The notes under the pieces are model-generated. The model saw only the letters and a program-made list of their open reading frames with translations, ran no database searches and was not told the origin of the DNA. Below are positions 22,433 to 32,357 of a DNA stretch of 64,000 nt, in pieces. The position numbers and the translations under genes are program-made. The stretch spans positions 64,001 to 128,000 of the forward strand of contig CAXXJS010000028.1 of the NCBI GenBank assembly GCA_963662665.2. The letters run 5' to 3'. This DNA is from Candidatus Latescibacterota bacterium (GTDB taxonomy: Bacteria > Latescibacterota > UBA2968 > GCA-2709665). Each line of letters starts with the position of its first letter. Within the stretch, counting starts at the first letter, position 1.

Positions 22433-23734
22433 ATGGCAAGAATCCCTCAAAAAGGTGCGTGGGTTGCTTTGGCGGCGGGTGTGGCGTTGATCTGCACGGC
22501 GAACGCCGTGGCGAAACCGCAACTGCTCGACCAGATCGTGGCGGTGGTGGACGATCAGATCGTGTTGCGTTCGGACGTGATGTCGAACATGGCGCTGGTT
22601 GCCATGCGGCAGGGGCTGAACCGTGAGGACCTCACGCCGGACAGAGTCAGTGAGCTGTTCGACGTTATCCTTGGGAACATGATCCAGGAAAAACTCCTGT
22701 TGGCCAGGGCGGAACAGGACAGCATCGAGGTAGACGAGGAAGTCATCGAGCGTGCGGTCCGGTCCCGCGTCCGGGAACTCAAGGCGGAACATGGCGAAGA
22801 GACATTTGCCGAGCAACTTGTCGAAGGTGGTGTGACGGAACGCGATCTGCGCGATCAGTATCGCCAGGAGTTTCGGAAAGATTTCCTGCGGCAGCGGATG
22901 TACGCGCGCCTGAGTCAACAGGTCGAAGTGTCGTTCAAGGACGTTCAGGACTATGTGGCGCGGTATCAGGACCGGCTTCCGCCGCTGGTGAGTATCAGTC
23001 ATATTCTGGTAGCGATCGAAGCCTCCGACGATCGCGATACAGAGGTCAGGTCGCAGGCGGACATATTGATTGACCGCTTGCGCAACGGCGAAGATTTCGC
23101 GGCATTGGCGCAGGAGTATTCGAGCGACATGGGAAGCCGGGAAGACGGCGGCGACCTGGGTTATTTCCCGCGGGGACGCATGGTTCCGGCGTTTGAGGAG
23201 GCGGCTTTCGCGTTGCGGCCCGGTGAGATCAGTGAGCCGGTAAAGACAAAGTTCGGTTACCACATCATCAAGGTGGAAGCGGCATCCGGCGACCAGGTAC
23301 GGGCACGGCACATTCTGATTCCTTTGCAGCCGTCGACACGGGACGTGACGGCGGCGTACGACAAGGCGCTCGAACTCGCGAAACAGGCGCAGGCGGGAGC
23401 CGATTTCGCGGAGTTGGCCGGAGAACATTCCGCGCACGAGGAGACGGCGAAAAAGGGGGGTCGTATTCCCGGGCCGAACACCCCGGAAAATTTACCATCC
23501 GAATTCTCGGATGTACTGAAGACCATGCGTATGGGCGAAGTGAGCGCGCCGATTCAGACGGAGTACGGATGGCATGTCGTAAGGGTCAACGACGACCAGG
23601 CCGCCGTTAGGGAAATCATCCAGCAAGAGCGCCTGCAAGAGCGGTTTGAAGAGGTCCTTGAGGAAACGCGGGCGCGACTTTACGTGGAAGTTCGGCCCTA
23701 CGAACTGGGATACGGAAGCCGGCCGCGGGAGTGA
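22433..23734 (+). CDS. surA: SurA-like peptidyl-prolyl isomerase (two parvulin domains)
   Basis: Signal peptide, [36 protein letters not shown]. Confidence 0.85.
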   Translation: MARIPQKGAWVALAAGVALICTANAVAKPQLLDQIVAVVDDQIVLRSDVMSNMALVAMRQGLNREDLTPDRVSELFDVILGNMIQEKLLLARAEQDSIEVDEEVIERAVRSRVRELKAEHGEETFAEQLVEGGVTERDLRDQYRQEFRKDFLRQRMYARLSQQVEVSFKDVQDYVARYQDRLPPLVSISHILVAIEASDDRDTEVRSQADILIDRLRNGEDFAALAQEYSSDMGSREDGGDLGYFPRGRMVPAFEEAAFALRPGEISEPVKTKFGYHIIKVEAASGDQVRARHILIPLQPSTRDVTAAYDKALELAKQAQAGADFAELAGEHSAHEETAKKGGRIPGPNTPENLPSEFSDVLKTMRMGEVSAPIQTEYGWHVVRVNDDQAAVREIIQQERLQERFEEVLEETRARLYVEVRPYELGYGSRPRE

Positions 23735-23839
23735 GGTCCCCCTGCAGCTGAGGTTTCGCCGCCGCCGGTGGTCTGCGCCGCCGGAACGGACAACGGGCAA
23801 CACCTGAATTCGGGATCGACTACGGGCGTCTATTTTGAT

Positions 23840-24112
23840 ATGCGGCTCGATTTATTCTTGAAGCGATGTTGTTTGACGAAGCGCCGGTCCGAAGCAAAAC
23901 GCGCCTGCGAGAACGGGATCGTAATGCTGGACGGGCGTCGCGCGAAGCCGGGACAGGTTGTTGGGCCCGGCAAGCGGGTGAGCATCTCCTTCCTGGACCG
24001 GTACCTGGAACTGAAAATCATCAAGCTGCCAACCGGGAACGTCTCCCGGGCGAACGCAGGGTCATATTACCAGGTGCTTCGTGACGAGGCGTGCGAGGTC
24101 ACTGACTTCTGA
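23840..24112 (+). CDS. S4-domain RNA-binding protein (Hsp15/YabO-like)
   Basis: MRLDLFL..KRRSEAKRAC..G.V..DG..AKP. Confidence 0.85.
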   Translation: MRLDLFLKRCCLTKRRSEAKRACENGIVMLDGRRAKPGQVVGPGKRVSISFLDRYLELKIIKLPTGNVSRANAGSYYQVLRDEACEVTDF

Positions 24113-24146
24113 CGTCATACGAATCCAGGATATCAAGTCGGCCAGT

Positions 24147-24173
24147 CCAGCCCTGCCGGGGCTGGGTTTTTTT
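24147..24173 (+). terminator. Intrinsic terminator
   Basis: CCAGCCC-loop-GGGCTGG followed by a T7 run. Confidence 0.75.
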
Positions 24174-24248
24174 ATAATGGACACCCGGAGTCGCGCAATC
24201 GCGGGCTTGTCGTTTGCCCTTTCTCTGTGACCTGTTTATATTGAATTT

Positions 24249-25034
24249 ATGTTCCGAAGAAAAAAAGACATATGCAAAGCGCAGCCCTACACCAGGCTTG
24301 CGGAGATCTACGACTACGTGATGCGTCACGTGAACTATGTGCAGTGGGCGGATTACGTGGAGTCCGCCTTCGCCAGACACAACGTGGCGCCGTCGCGGGT
24401 GCTCGATCTCGCGTGCGGCACGGGCAGTATGGCGCTGGAACTGCGAAAGCGGGCTTACCGTGCTTCCGGTGCAGACGCCTGCAGGGAGATGCTGGACGTG
24501 GCGGAAGAAAAGACCCGAAGGGCGGGGTGCAACGTGGAGTTCTTCCACAGAAACCTGCTGGACCTGTCAGATCTGCCGCGGTTCGAAGCGGTTCTTTGTC
24601 TGTACGACAGCATAAATTACCTGATGACGATAGAAGACGTGGACCGGGCATTGAAGGAAGTCCACGCGATCCTGCTGCCGCAGGGCGTCTTTGTTTTTGA
24701 CGTTTGTACCGAAACCAACTCGTTGCGATACTTTCGCGGGCTGACGGATAAAGACAGTGGAGACGGATTCACTTACGTCCGTGAGAGCTTTTACAGGAAC
24801 GGGATTCAGTTCAATCGATTTGACATCCGGTTCAAGCAGACGGATGAAGCCGTGGAAGAGGTGCATCGTCAGCGAATATATGCACTGGCGGACATCCGGG
24901 CCGCCCTGGAGCGGTCTCCGTTTGCGCTGGAAGGGGCCTACGACGGTTTCGGCTTTTGCGAGCCCGATGAAGGGTCGGACCGGGTGCATTTCGTATTAAG
25001 GAAAGCCGGCGAGGCGGGTGAATCGCGCAGTTGA
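24249..25034 (+). CDS. Class I SAM-dependent methyltransferase
   Basis: LAEIYD, VLDLACGTG, DSINY. Confidence 0.9.
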   Translation: MFRRKKDICKAQPYTRLAEIYDYVMRHVNYVQWADYVESAFARHNVAPSRVLDLACGTGSMALELRKRAYRASGADACREMLDVAEEKTRRAGCNVEFFHRNLLDLSDLPRFEAVLCLYDSINYLMTIEDVDRALKEVHAILLPQGVFVFDVCTETNSLRYFRGLTDKDSGDGFTYVRESFYRNGIQFNRFDIRFKQTDEAVEEVHRQRIYALADIRAALERSPFALEGAYDGFGFCEPDEGSDRVHFVLRKAGEAGESRS

Positions 25035-25058
25035 AAGGGAGTTTCCTGAAACGGGGCT

Positions 25059-26018
25059 ATGGATTTAACCGGAGCCATATCGTTTTTCGAGCCGGACGAA
25101 CCGTATCTTCTTTCTACCCATGTCAATGCGGACGGCGACGGTATCGGATGCCTTCTGGCGTTGAGGGAAATGCTGGTCCAGAAGGAACGGGTGTGTCGGC
25201 TTGTGGTGGGCGACGAGACCTTAAATCCGAAATTTGCTTTTCTACAGGGATTTGACCATATTGAGTTGTACGGGTCTCTTTCCGACAGGCCGGTGTTCAA
25301 ACGGGCGGTATTCGTGGACACGCCCACCCTCGACCCGCGCCGGGTGGGCAACGTGGGTCGCCTCCTCGGTGTTGGCGCCCGCACGATGATTATCGATCAT
25401 CACGCGAGCGAAAAGCAGGAGGGCGACGTCCGTATCGTCGATCGGGAGGCCAGTGCCGCCAGTGAACTGGTTTACAGGCTGCTTCTGGCGGCGGGAACGG
25501 CGATCAATCCCGCGGTTGCCAACCAGATTTACGCCGGAATCGCGTTCGATACCAAGCTCTTCAGGGTCTCCCGTCCTGAGCGGGGGTTGAAGGTCTGCAG
25601 CGAACTGGTGGATTTGGGCGCGAACCCGGAGGCGGTCGCCGATGCGCTTTTCGCCCGTGAAAGCTATGAAACCATGATGACGCTGGCGGCCGCATTAGGG
25701 ACCCTGGAACTTCATTTCGGCGGTCGGGTGAATACCCTGGTGGTGGACCACGGGACTTACCGCATGGGCGGCAATCTGGATCCTGTAGTGGACCACGCCA
25801 TGGCAATTGACGGGATACAGGCGGCGTTGTTCTTCAAGGAGGAGGCGCCCGGACGGTTTCGCGTCAGTCTTCGTTCCCGGGGCGCGGTGGACGTGAATCG
25901 AATCGCCGTGACGTTTGGCGGCGGCGGACACACCCGGGCATCGGGGTGCAAGATCGAAAAGCCGATTGACGAGGCGAAACGGCTATTGCTGGACGAAGTA
26001 GGGAAGCAGCTCCGATGA
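25059..26018 (+). CDS. nrnA: DHH/DHHA1 phosphoesterase (NrnA-like)
   Basis: HVNADGDG, FVD, IIDHH, DT, SLRS, GGGGH. Confidence 0.88.
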   Translation: MDLTGAISFFEPDEPYLLSTHVNADGDGIGCLLALREMLVQKERVCRLVVGDETLNPKFAFLQGFDHIELYGSLSDRPVFKRAVFVDTPTLDPRRVGNVGRLLGVGARTMIIDHHASEKQEGDVRIVDREASAASELVYRLLLAAGTAINPAVANQIYAGIAFDTKLFRVSRPERGLKVCSELVDLGANPEAVADALFARESYETMMTLAAALGTLELHFGGRVNTLVVDHGTYRMGGNLDPVVDHAMAIDGIQAALFFKEEAPGRFRVSLRSRGAVDVNRIAVTFGGGGHTRASGCKIEKPIDEAKRLLLDEVGKQLR

Positions 26019-26100
26019 TTTCCGGCGATCGATCTGATCTGAATCGGGCGGCGGTCGGTAATCGATCGCGCGAACGGATGAGAGGGAGCGTGGTTCGCCC

Positions 26101-27009
26101 ATGGATTTAATTACGCTCAAGACATGGTCGGAAGCGGACATCCTGGAAACAGTAGAAGCGGGTCTGTTGATGAAGGCAGCCCCGAAACGGTTTTCGGGCG
26201 CACTGCATGGCCGGACGCTGGCGATGCTGTTTCAGAAGCCGTCGACGCGTACCCGGTGTTCGTTTGAGACGGGCATGAACCAGTTGGGCGGGTATGCCAT
26301 GAATCTGGACTGGCGCGCCACCAATTTCCAGCTGGCGGATCTTGGAGATGAGGCCCAGGTACTTTCCCGGTACTCTGACGTCATTATGGCCCGGATGTTG
26401 AACCACTGCGACCTGAAGAAACTTGCCGCCGGGGCCGAGGTGCCTGTGATTAACGGGTGCTGCAACCGGTACCATCCCTGCCAGGCGCTTGGCGATCTGA
26501 TGACGGTCCGCGAAATCCGGGGAAAACTCGAGGGCGCTCACATGGTTTACGTGGGCATTCGGAACAATGTGTGCAATTCATTGATCGCCGGATGTACCAA
26601 GGCCGGAGTGAGAATCACGACGGTGACGCCGGAGGTGAACAAACCTTCCAACGACGAGGATCTCACCGAACAGGCTCGGACGACCGGTCTCTTCGAGGAG
26701 ACCCTTGACCTGGAGGCGGCAGTGGCGGACGCGGATTTTCTATATACGGACACCTGGATCGACATGGAGTTTTTCGAAGATCCCGCGTATGAATCCGAGA
26801 AAAAGCGTCGCGTTGAGGCGTTCGCTCCGTATCAGATAAATGAGGACCTGCTCGACAAGACCGGAGCGCTGGTTATGCATTGCCTGCCCGCACACAAAGG
26901 ATACGAGTTGACGGCGGAAGTGATGGCAAGCCCGAGATGCGTGGCGGTGGACCAGGCGGAAAACAGGATGCACGTCCAAAAGGCGATCCTGACACAGTTG
27001 CTGGGATAA
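26101..27009 (+). CDS. argF: Ornithine carbamoyltransferase
   Basis: KPSTRT, HPCQ, HCLP, QAENR. Confidence 0.88.
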   Translation: MDLITLKTWSEADILETVEAGLLMKAAPKRFSGALHGRTLAMLFQKPSTRTRCSFETGMNQLGGYAMNLDWRATNFQLADLGDEAQVLSRYSDVIMARMLNHCDLKKLAAGAEVPVINGCCNRYHPCQALGDLMTVREIRGKLEGAHMVYVGIRNNVCNSLIAGCTKAGVRITTVTPEVNKPSNDEDLTEQARTTGLFEETLDLEAAVADADFLYTDTWIDMEFFEDPAYESEKKRRVEAFAPYQINEDLLDKTGALVMHCLPAHKGYELTAEVMASPRCVAVDQAENRMHVQKAILTQLLG

Positions 27010-27047
27010 CGCCGCCACCCACGCGCGGCATGGGAGTATGGATCGGC

Positions 27048-27683
27048 GTGGCCGGACTGTTTATTACGTTTGAAGGCATCGACAGGAGTGGGAAAACCAC
27101 GCAGGCCGAACGGCTTGTCGAGCGGCTTCGTGCGGAAGGCCGGGCCGTGGTATTCACTCGTGAGCCGGGTGGCACCGGGCTGGGCCGAATGGTTCGCAGT
27201 CTTGTGCTGGCGCGTCGATCGGAAGTGGACCCCGCCGCGGAGATGCTGTTATTCGCAGCGGATAGGGCTCAGCATGTCAACACGGTGGTCCGGCCTGCCC
27301 TGTCACAGGGGAAAGTGGTTGTTTCAGACCGCTATGTCGATTCCACCGTCGTCTATCAGGGATATGGGCGCGGGCTGGAACTGAATCGCATTCAGGCGGT
27401 TCAGGAAGTGGCCGCCGGGGGGCTCAGGCCTGACCTGACCGTTTGGATCGACGTGAACCTCGAGACCGTTAAACAGCGGTGGATTCCCGCAGATGCCGAC
27501 AGGCTGGAAGCGTCCGGAGATGCATTTTTCGGCAGGGTAAGGGACGGGTATCGAAAGATATGGCTGTCGGAACCGGACCGCGTTCTTCGGATTGACGGTC
27601 GGCGATCCGTCGAAGATCTGGCGTGCAGGATCTACAACGAGACGCATAGACGGCTGGCCGGCGCGGTTGGGCCCAACGGTTGA
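27048..27683 (+). CDS. tmk: Thymidylate kinase
   Basis: FITFEGIDRSGKTTQ, TREPGG, ADRAQH, SDRY, YQGYGRG. Confidence 0.93.
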   Translation: MAGLFITFEGIDRSGKTTQAERLVERLRAEGRAVVFTREPGGTGLGRMVRSLVLARRSEVDPAAEMLLFAADRAQHVNTVVRPALSQGKVVVSDRYVDSTVVYQGYGRGLELNRIQAVQEVAAGGLRPDLTVWIDVNLETVKQRWIPADADRLEASGDAFFGRVRDGYRKIWLSEPDRVLRIDGRRSVEDLACRIYNETHRRLAGAVGPNG

Positions 27684-27798
27684 TATACAGGCAAGACCGG
27701 GCGCATGGGCGGGTGTCCGGGAAGAAGAGGTCGCGTTTGGAATCGCAGCATACAGGGACTTCATGGAATAGCAGGACCTGAGAATGCGGAGGTGGAAA

Positions 27799-29721
27799 AT
27801 GAGCGGACGGAAACGCAGACGAATATGGGTTGGAGCGGTGCTGGTCGGCCTTATGGGAACCTGCGTGGTACTTGATTCGCGGCTTGTAAAAGGGGAAGAC
27901 GGGTATGCCTCCGTTGGAAGCGGTATAGAAGAATACGTCGAGACGCTGAAGCTGCTCACCACGAGCTACTACAAGCCCCTGGCATCCGACTCGCTCACGA
28001 CTTCAGCCATTGAAGGCATGCTGGACGAACTGGATCCGTATACCCAAATCCTCGATCGGCGCGGCTTCGATGACCTTATGATCGATACCCAGGGCAAATT
28101 CGGCGGGTTGGGCATCACAATCAGCACCATGAAGAGGAATGGCGTCGAGGTGCCCGTCGTTCTGAGCGTGATCGAGGGTACGCCCGCCGACACATCCGGA
28201 CTTGTCGTTGGCGATCGGATCGTCGCTGTGGATGGCGACCCCACGCTCAACAAGAAACTCGAGGAGGTCGTGGATGTGCTGCGTGGGACGCCGGGGAATC
28301 GGGTTGTGATTGCGATCGACCGGCCCGGGAGATCCGAGCCGTTCGACCAGGAGATAATCCGGGCGCGTATTCGTGTAAAAAGCGTGGCCAGCATTCCCGG
28401 GATTGAAGAAGGGATCGGTTACATTACCATGTCCGGTCTGATCGGCAGCCGGTTTTCGGAATCCACGCCCGGTGAGCTGAAAGCCGCCGTGGATGAGCTG
28501 AAAGCGAAGAATACGAAGGGCATTATCCTGGACCTGCGGGGAAATCCGGGCGGGTTGCTGGCGCAGGCCGTCGCCGTTGCCGACGTGTTTCTGGGACCCG
28601 ACCTGCTGGTTGTCACAACGCGGGGCCGTGTGGATTCGCAAAATAAAGAGTATCGCACTGCGGAAGCGTCCAGGGTTAAGGATATCCCGCTGGTCGTTCT
28701 GGTCAACGCACACAGCGCGAGCGCTTCCGAGATCGTCGCGGGCGCAATCCAGGACTCGGACCGGGGATTGATCCTGGGTATACCGACCTTTGGAAAAGGA
28801 TCCGTACAGTCCTTCCAGCGCGTCAGCCCAAAAAAAGCGCTGAAGTGGACAACGGCGCTCTACTATACCCCCAGCGGACGGAGCATCCACAAAAACAGAC
28901 GGTTTGGACGGCTGGGCAACCTGGCGCTGAATGTGGGGGACTCGCGGGTGCCTCTGTATCAAACCGTTGCAACGATTGCCGGAGAAGAGAGTCGGGAAGA
29001 CGCGATCACGCGGCTTTTCGAGCAGTTTGATCTGGAATCAACGCAGCAGGCGGAGCAACTGTTCGAGATGGAACTGGGGCAGATATTGGGGATGGCGTTG
29101 CGGGAGGACCGTGTCGCCGCCGACGTCTCGGACTCGGCCCGGGCTTTCACCACCGCCGGTGGGCGCACGGTATATGGCGGAGGAGGTATCACACCCGACA
29201 TCGTGGTGAAGCCGAAGCACAGGCCGCGGCTGATTCTCGAAATGTACAGAGCCGGACTCTTTTTCGATTTTGCCGTTGAATACGCCGCGCGGAACACGTT
29301 ACCCCCGAGTCCGGAGGGGTACGAGGTGGGGGACAGGGAGATCGCCGCGTTCCGGGCATTCCTCGCCGACTCGACGAATCTGGGAAATTTCAGGCGTTAC
29401 CGCTCTCCAGCCGAAAACCAATTGGAGAATCTGAACCGGACTCTGGAGGCCTCAGGCCTCGAGGCGAAAGTCGGCCAGGCGTTGGAAGCCCTGCGAACCG
29501 TTGTCGAAGCGGAGCGGGACGCGGAATTCGAAAAGGCCGAACCGTTTATCAGGCTGGAAATCGGAAGGGAACTGGGAAACCGGGTCTGGGGAAAGAGGGG
29601 GCGCATTCTGGCGCGGCTGAAGGGCGATGAACAGTATCAGGAGGCCGTTAGAATTCTCAAAGATCCGGAACGATACAGAAAGAGTATGAAGTTGGCGTTT
29701 GCCGACGAGAACGGGCGCTGA
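27799..29721 (+). CDS. ctpA: S41A carboxy-terminal processing protease (PDZ)
   Basis: LDPYT, PDZ GGLGI, DLRGNPGG, SASASEI, FGKGSVQ, YYTPSGRSI, GGITPD. Confidence 0.92.
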   Translation: MSGRKRRRIWVGAVLVGLMGTCVVLDSRLVKGEDGYASVGSGIEEYVETLKLLTTSYYKPLASDSLTTSAIEGMLDELDPYTQILDRRGFDDLMIDTQGKFGGLGITISTMKRNGVEVPVVLSVIEGTPADTSGLVVGDRIVAVDGDPTLNKKLEEVVDVLRGTPGNRVVIAIDRPGRSEPFDQEIIRARIRVKSVASIPGIEEGIGYITMSGLIGSRFSESTPGELKAAVDELKAKNTKGIILDLRGNPGGLLAQAVAVADVFLGPDLLVVTTRGRVDSQNKEYRTAEASRVKDIPLVVLVNAHSASASEIVAGAIQDSDRGLILGIPTFGKGSVQSFQRVSPKKALKWTTALYYTPSGRSIHKNRRFGRLGNLALNVGDSRVPLYQTVATIAGEESREDAITRLFEQFDLESTQQAEQLFEMELGQILGMALREDRVAADVSDSARAFTTAGGRTVYGGGGITPDIVVKPKHRPRLILEMYRAGLFFDFAVEYAARNTLPPSPEGYEVGDREIAAFRAFLADSTNLGNFRRYRSPAENQLENLNRTLEASGLEAKVGQALEALRTVVEAERDAEFEKAEPFIRLEIGRELGNRVWGKRGRILARLKGDEQYQEAVRILKDPERYRKSMKLAFADENGR

Positions 29722-29831
29722 ACCCGGATCTCGCGGCGCGATCCGTTCATGCGTGATCGAAAGTGTATTGCAATAGGAAAAACACGAGCGGAACCAGTAA
29801 TGGAATGCGGGGTCCGGTGGGCAGTTTTGGC

Positions 29832-29860
29832 TTGCCATTTGCCAACACGTGATTTATACT
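29832..29860 (+). promoter_or_regulatory. Sigma-70 promoter
   Basis: TTGCCA-N17-TATACT upstream of a hypothetical gene. Confidence 0.55.
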
Positions 29861-30029
29861 TAGAACACCGGGTTGATTTCAAATACTTTAATAAACAATA
29901 TCTTAAAAACGTATTGTCCCACCGGACCGGCCGTCGGAACGTCGTCACTCCGTCAGAATCACGCGCAGGATGGTCGGACTCTTCGTGAAGCGCGTACCAA
30001 ACGATATCGTCAATGCGTGGGTGGAGAAG

Positions 30030-30476
30030 ATGGAAGAATCAAACGGTGAACGGGACGATCTCTACGAAAAGGTACTCGAGCACGCCCGTTGCGAAATAGA
30101 TGCCTCCGCATCCCGGGTTGAGGAACTCAGACGCGCGCTCGGCCTTCTCGAAGCGCGCGTTGAGGCGGCCAGGGCGGTCTACGAAGCCGCTGCCGCGCGT
30201 CTGAATCTGGAAGATGAATCGGACGGTCAGGGTGTGTCTGTTTCGGAAACATTGTCATCCGTTCAGACCCTTCTGTCTGTAGACCGACCCTCGAAGCCGC
30301 TGCCGAACCCCCGCGACCAGCGGGAACCCGCTGCGCAGACCGAAGAACAAGGCGGGAATACCGGCAAATCGGGCGAGCCCTGGCGGCGGATGCGGATCGG
30401 TGGATCCACCGTCGTATGGAAACGAGTGAAGAAGCCGAAGCGACGCCGTAGCCAGCGCGGGAGTCAGCCATCCTGA
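30030..30476 (+). CDS. Hypothetical protein (coiled-coil N-terminus, basic C-terminus)
   Basis: GGAG SD before ATG, upstream promoter, heptad-like E/A/L/R helix. Confidence 0.55.
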   Translation: MEESNGERDDLYEKVLEHARCEIDASASRVEELRRALGLLEARVEAARAVYEAAAARLNLEDESDGQGVSVSETLSSVQTLLSVDRPSKPLPNPRDQREPAAQTEEQGGNTGKSGEPWRRMRIGGSTVVWKRVKKPKRRRSQRGSQPS

Positions 30477-30621
30477 GCTTTCGCCGCGCGAAGACCGCCG
30501 GGAGTTTTTATACAGCTTCTCAAAGTGAAACCCGGACGCCGACGCAGGGAATGTCATTTAATGGCACATTCCCTGTTTTTTTGCTATCTTAACCTTGTGT
30601 TCAGTACCATTTTCGCATATT

Positions 30622-30814
30622 ACCTCAATTCGATAAATACAGCAACGCGGCGCCGCGACAAGACCTTCCGAAATGGGCCGAAAAGGTCGTTTAAATGGAC
30701 ATTTTATCCGTTCACGTCCAGTGATCTGAAGTATCCTGGAAAACCGAAGTCGAATCGCTTTTGTTAACTTGAATATGTCCGATTCAACGTCCCCGAAAAA
30801 TGACGAATCAAAGT
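30622..30814. mobile_element. 193-bp MITE-like element copy 3 (uninterrupted)
   Basis: ACCTCAATTCG...CGAATCAAAGT ends; ungapped match to spliced copy 1. Confidence 0.75.
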
Positions 30815-30888
30815 TAGAGATGGCGGTGAATATCCGCGTCCGCCATTGAAGAATCTTTATTGGAAACCACCAGGTCAGGTGAGCAAGT

Positions 30889-32337
30889 ATGGGAATCTGT
30901 GCAGAGGAAAAACAGATTGAAGAGATCGACGCGAGGGAGCGCAGCCTCCGTATTGACAGGATGACGCCTTCCGGCGGCCTTTATACGGATGTCCAGCGTA
31001 CCGTACACCCCAACTCGAACAGCCCGTGGAGGGTGTCGCCCGAACCGTTCTGGATGCCACCTCGGGTTGTAGAGCATCTGGAACGTCTGGGCGGGCATTT
31101 GTATGATTTCTATAAAGCCTGCAACCGCCTGTATTCACAAAGCGTCCGGAATATCCAGCCGTCCTGGGTAGCCGCATATCTTGACCAGGGGAAGCCGGAA
31201 ACGGTGATCGGATACGGCCGGATGAACCGATTCAAGCAGCATATGCCCCTGGTAATCCGGCCGGACCTGATTCCGACCCCCAAGGGAACGATCGCTTCGG
31301 AGTTGGACTCGGTGCCGGGGGGCATCGGGTTTACCGCCAGCCTGGCGGAGCGTTACGGCAGTTTCGGGTTTGAAATTGTGGGTGGCGCCGCTGGAATGGT
31401 GAACGGATTTATGGGGATGGTACGGTCGGTTGCCGGCATCGGGGAGCCGGTGCTGGGCATTGTCGTGTCGGACGAGTCATCCGGGTACCGCCCTGAAATG
31501 ACCTGGTTGGGAGAGGCCTTGAATCGTGCCGGATTGGAAACCTATGTTGTGCGCCCGGAAGAGGTCATTTTCAGCGAAGCCGGACTGTTCGTGACCGGGG
31601 CGGGCGGAAGACGGCAGATCGACGTGCTTTACCGGTTTTTCGAGTTATTCGACCTGAAGAATATACCCAAAATGGACCTGATCCTATATGCCATTCGAAA
31701 GGGTACGGTAAAGGCAACGCCGCCGCTGAAGGCCCACCTGGAAGAGAAAATGCTGATGGCCCTGTTCCACCATCCTCTGTTGCGTTCGTTCTGGATTCGC
31801 GAGCTCGGGGAAGAGGGGGTGGAGTTCCTGATGCAGACCTTTCCGAAGACCTGGATAATGGACCCGCGTCCCCTGCCGCCCCACGGCGTTATTTCGGAAT
31901 TGAGCGTGGACGGTCGGGTTTTCGGTAACTGGCAGGACCTCGGCTCACTGCGGCAGAAACAGCGCCGTTTTGTCATTAAGCCGTCCGGGTTCTCGGAACA
32001 GGCCTGGGGAAGCCGGGGCGTCGCGGTCGGCCACGACATGGCCGAGACGGACTGGCGGGCTACTATAGACTCCGCGCTCGGCGACTATCACAGGTCGCCT
32101 CGCATTCTGCAGGAGTTCCACACGGGTTCCCGTTTTGCAGTGGCGTATTATGATTTCGAGACGGATCGCATGATGCGCCTCAAAGGGCGCGTGCGCATTC
32201 AACCTTACTATTTCGTACTGGACGGGCATCCCGTGTTATCGGGCGTCCAGGCCACGGTTTGTCCGCCGGACAAGAAGGTATTGCACGGGATGGTCGACGC
32301 GGTGGTGATGCCGGGCGGGGTGGGAAAACCCGGGTGA
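30889..32337 (+). CDS. Uncharacterised ATP-grasp-like ligase (glutathionylspermidine synthase-like/circularly permuted type)
   Basis: IRPDL, ELDSVPGG, VLYRFFE, EEK, VIKPSG..GSRGV.VG, ILQEF. Confidence 0.65.
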   Translation: MGICAEEKQIEEIDARERSLRIDRMTPSGGLYTDVQRTVHPNSNSPWRVSPEPFWMPPRVVEHLERLGGHLYDFYKACNRLYSQSVRNIQPSWVAAYLDQGKPETVIGYGRMNRFKQHMPLVIRPDLIPTPKGTIASELDSVPGGIGFTASLAERYGSFGFEIVGGAAGMVNGFMGMVRSVAGIGEPVLGIVVSDESSGYRPEMTWLGEALNRAGLETYVVRPEEVIFSEAGLFVTGAGGRRQIDVLYRFFELFDLKNIPKMDLILYAIRKGTVKATPPLKAHLEEKMLMALFHHPLLRSFWIRELGEEGVEFLMQTFPKTWIMDPRPLPPHGVISELSVDGRVFGNWQDLGSLRQKQRRFVIKPSGFSEQAWGSRGVAVGHDMAETDWRATIDSALGDYHRSPRILQEFHTGSRFAVAYYDFETDRMMRLKGRVRIQPYYFVLDGHPVLSGVQATVCPPDKKVLHGMVDAVVMPGGVGKPG

Positions 32338-32357
32338 AGTCTCCAGTGGAACCGGAT

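Noticed and set aside
30562-30585. TGGCAC as a sigma-54 promoter
   Set aside because: No TTGC at the required spacing
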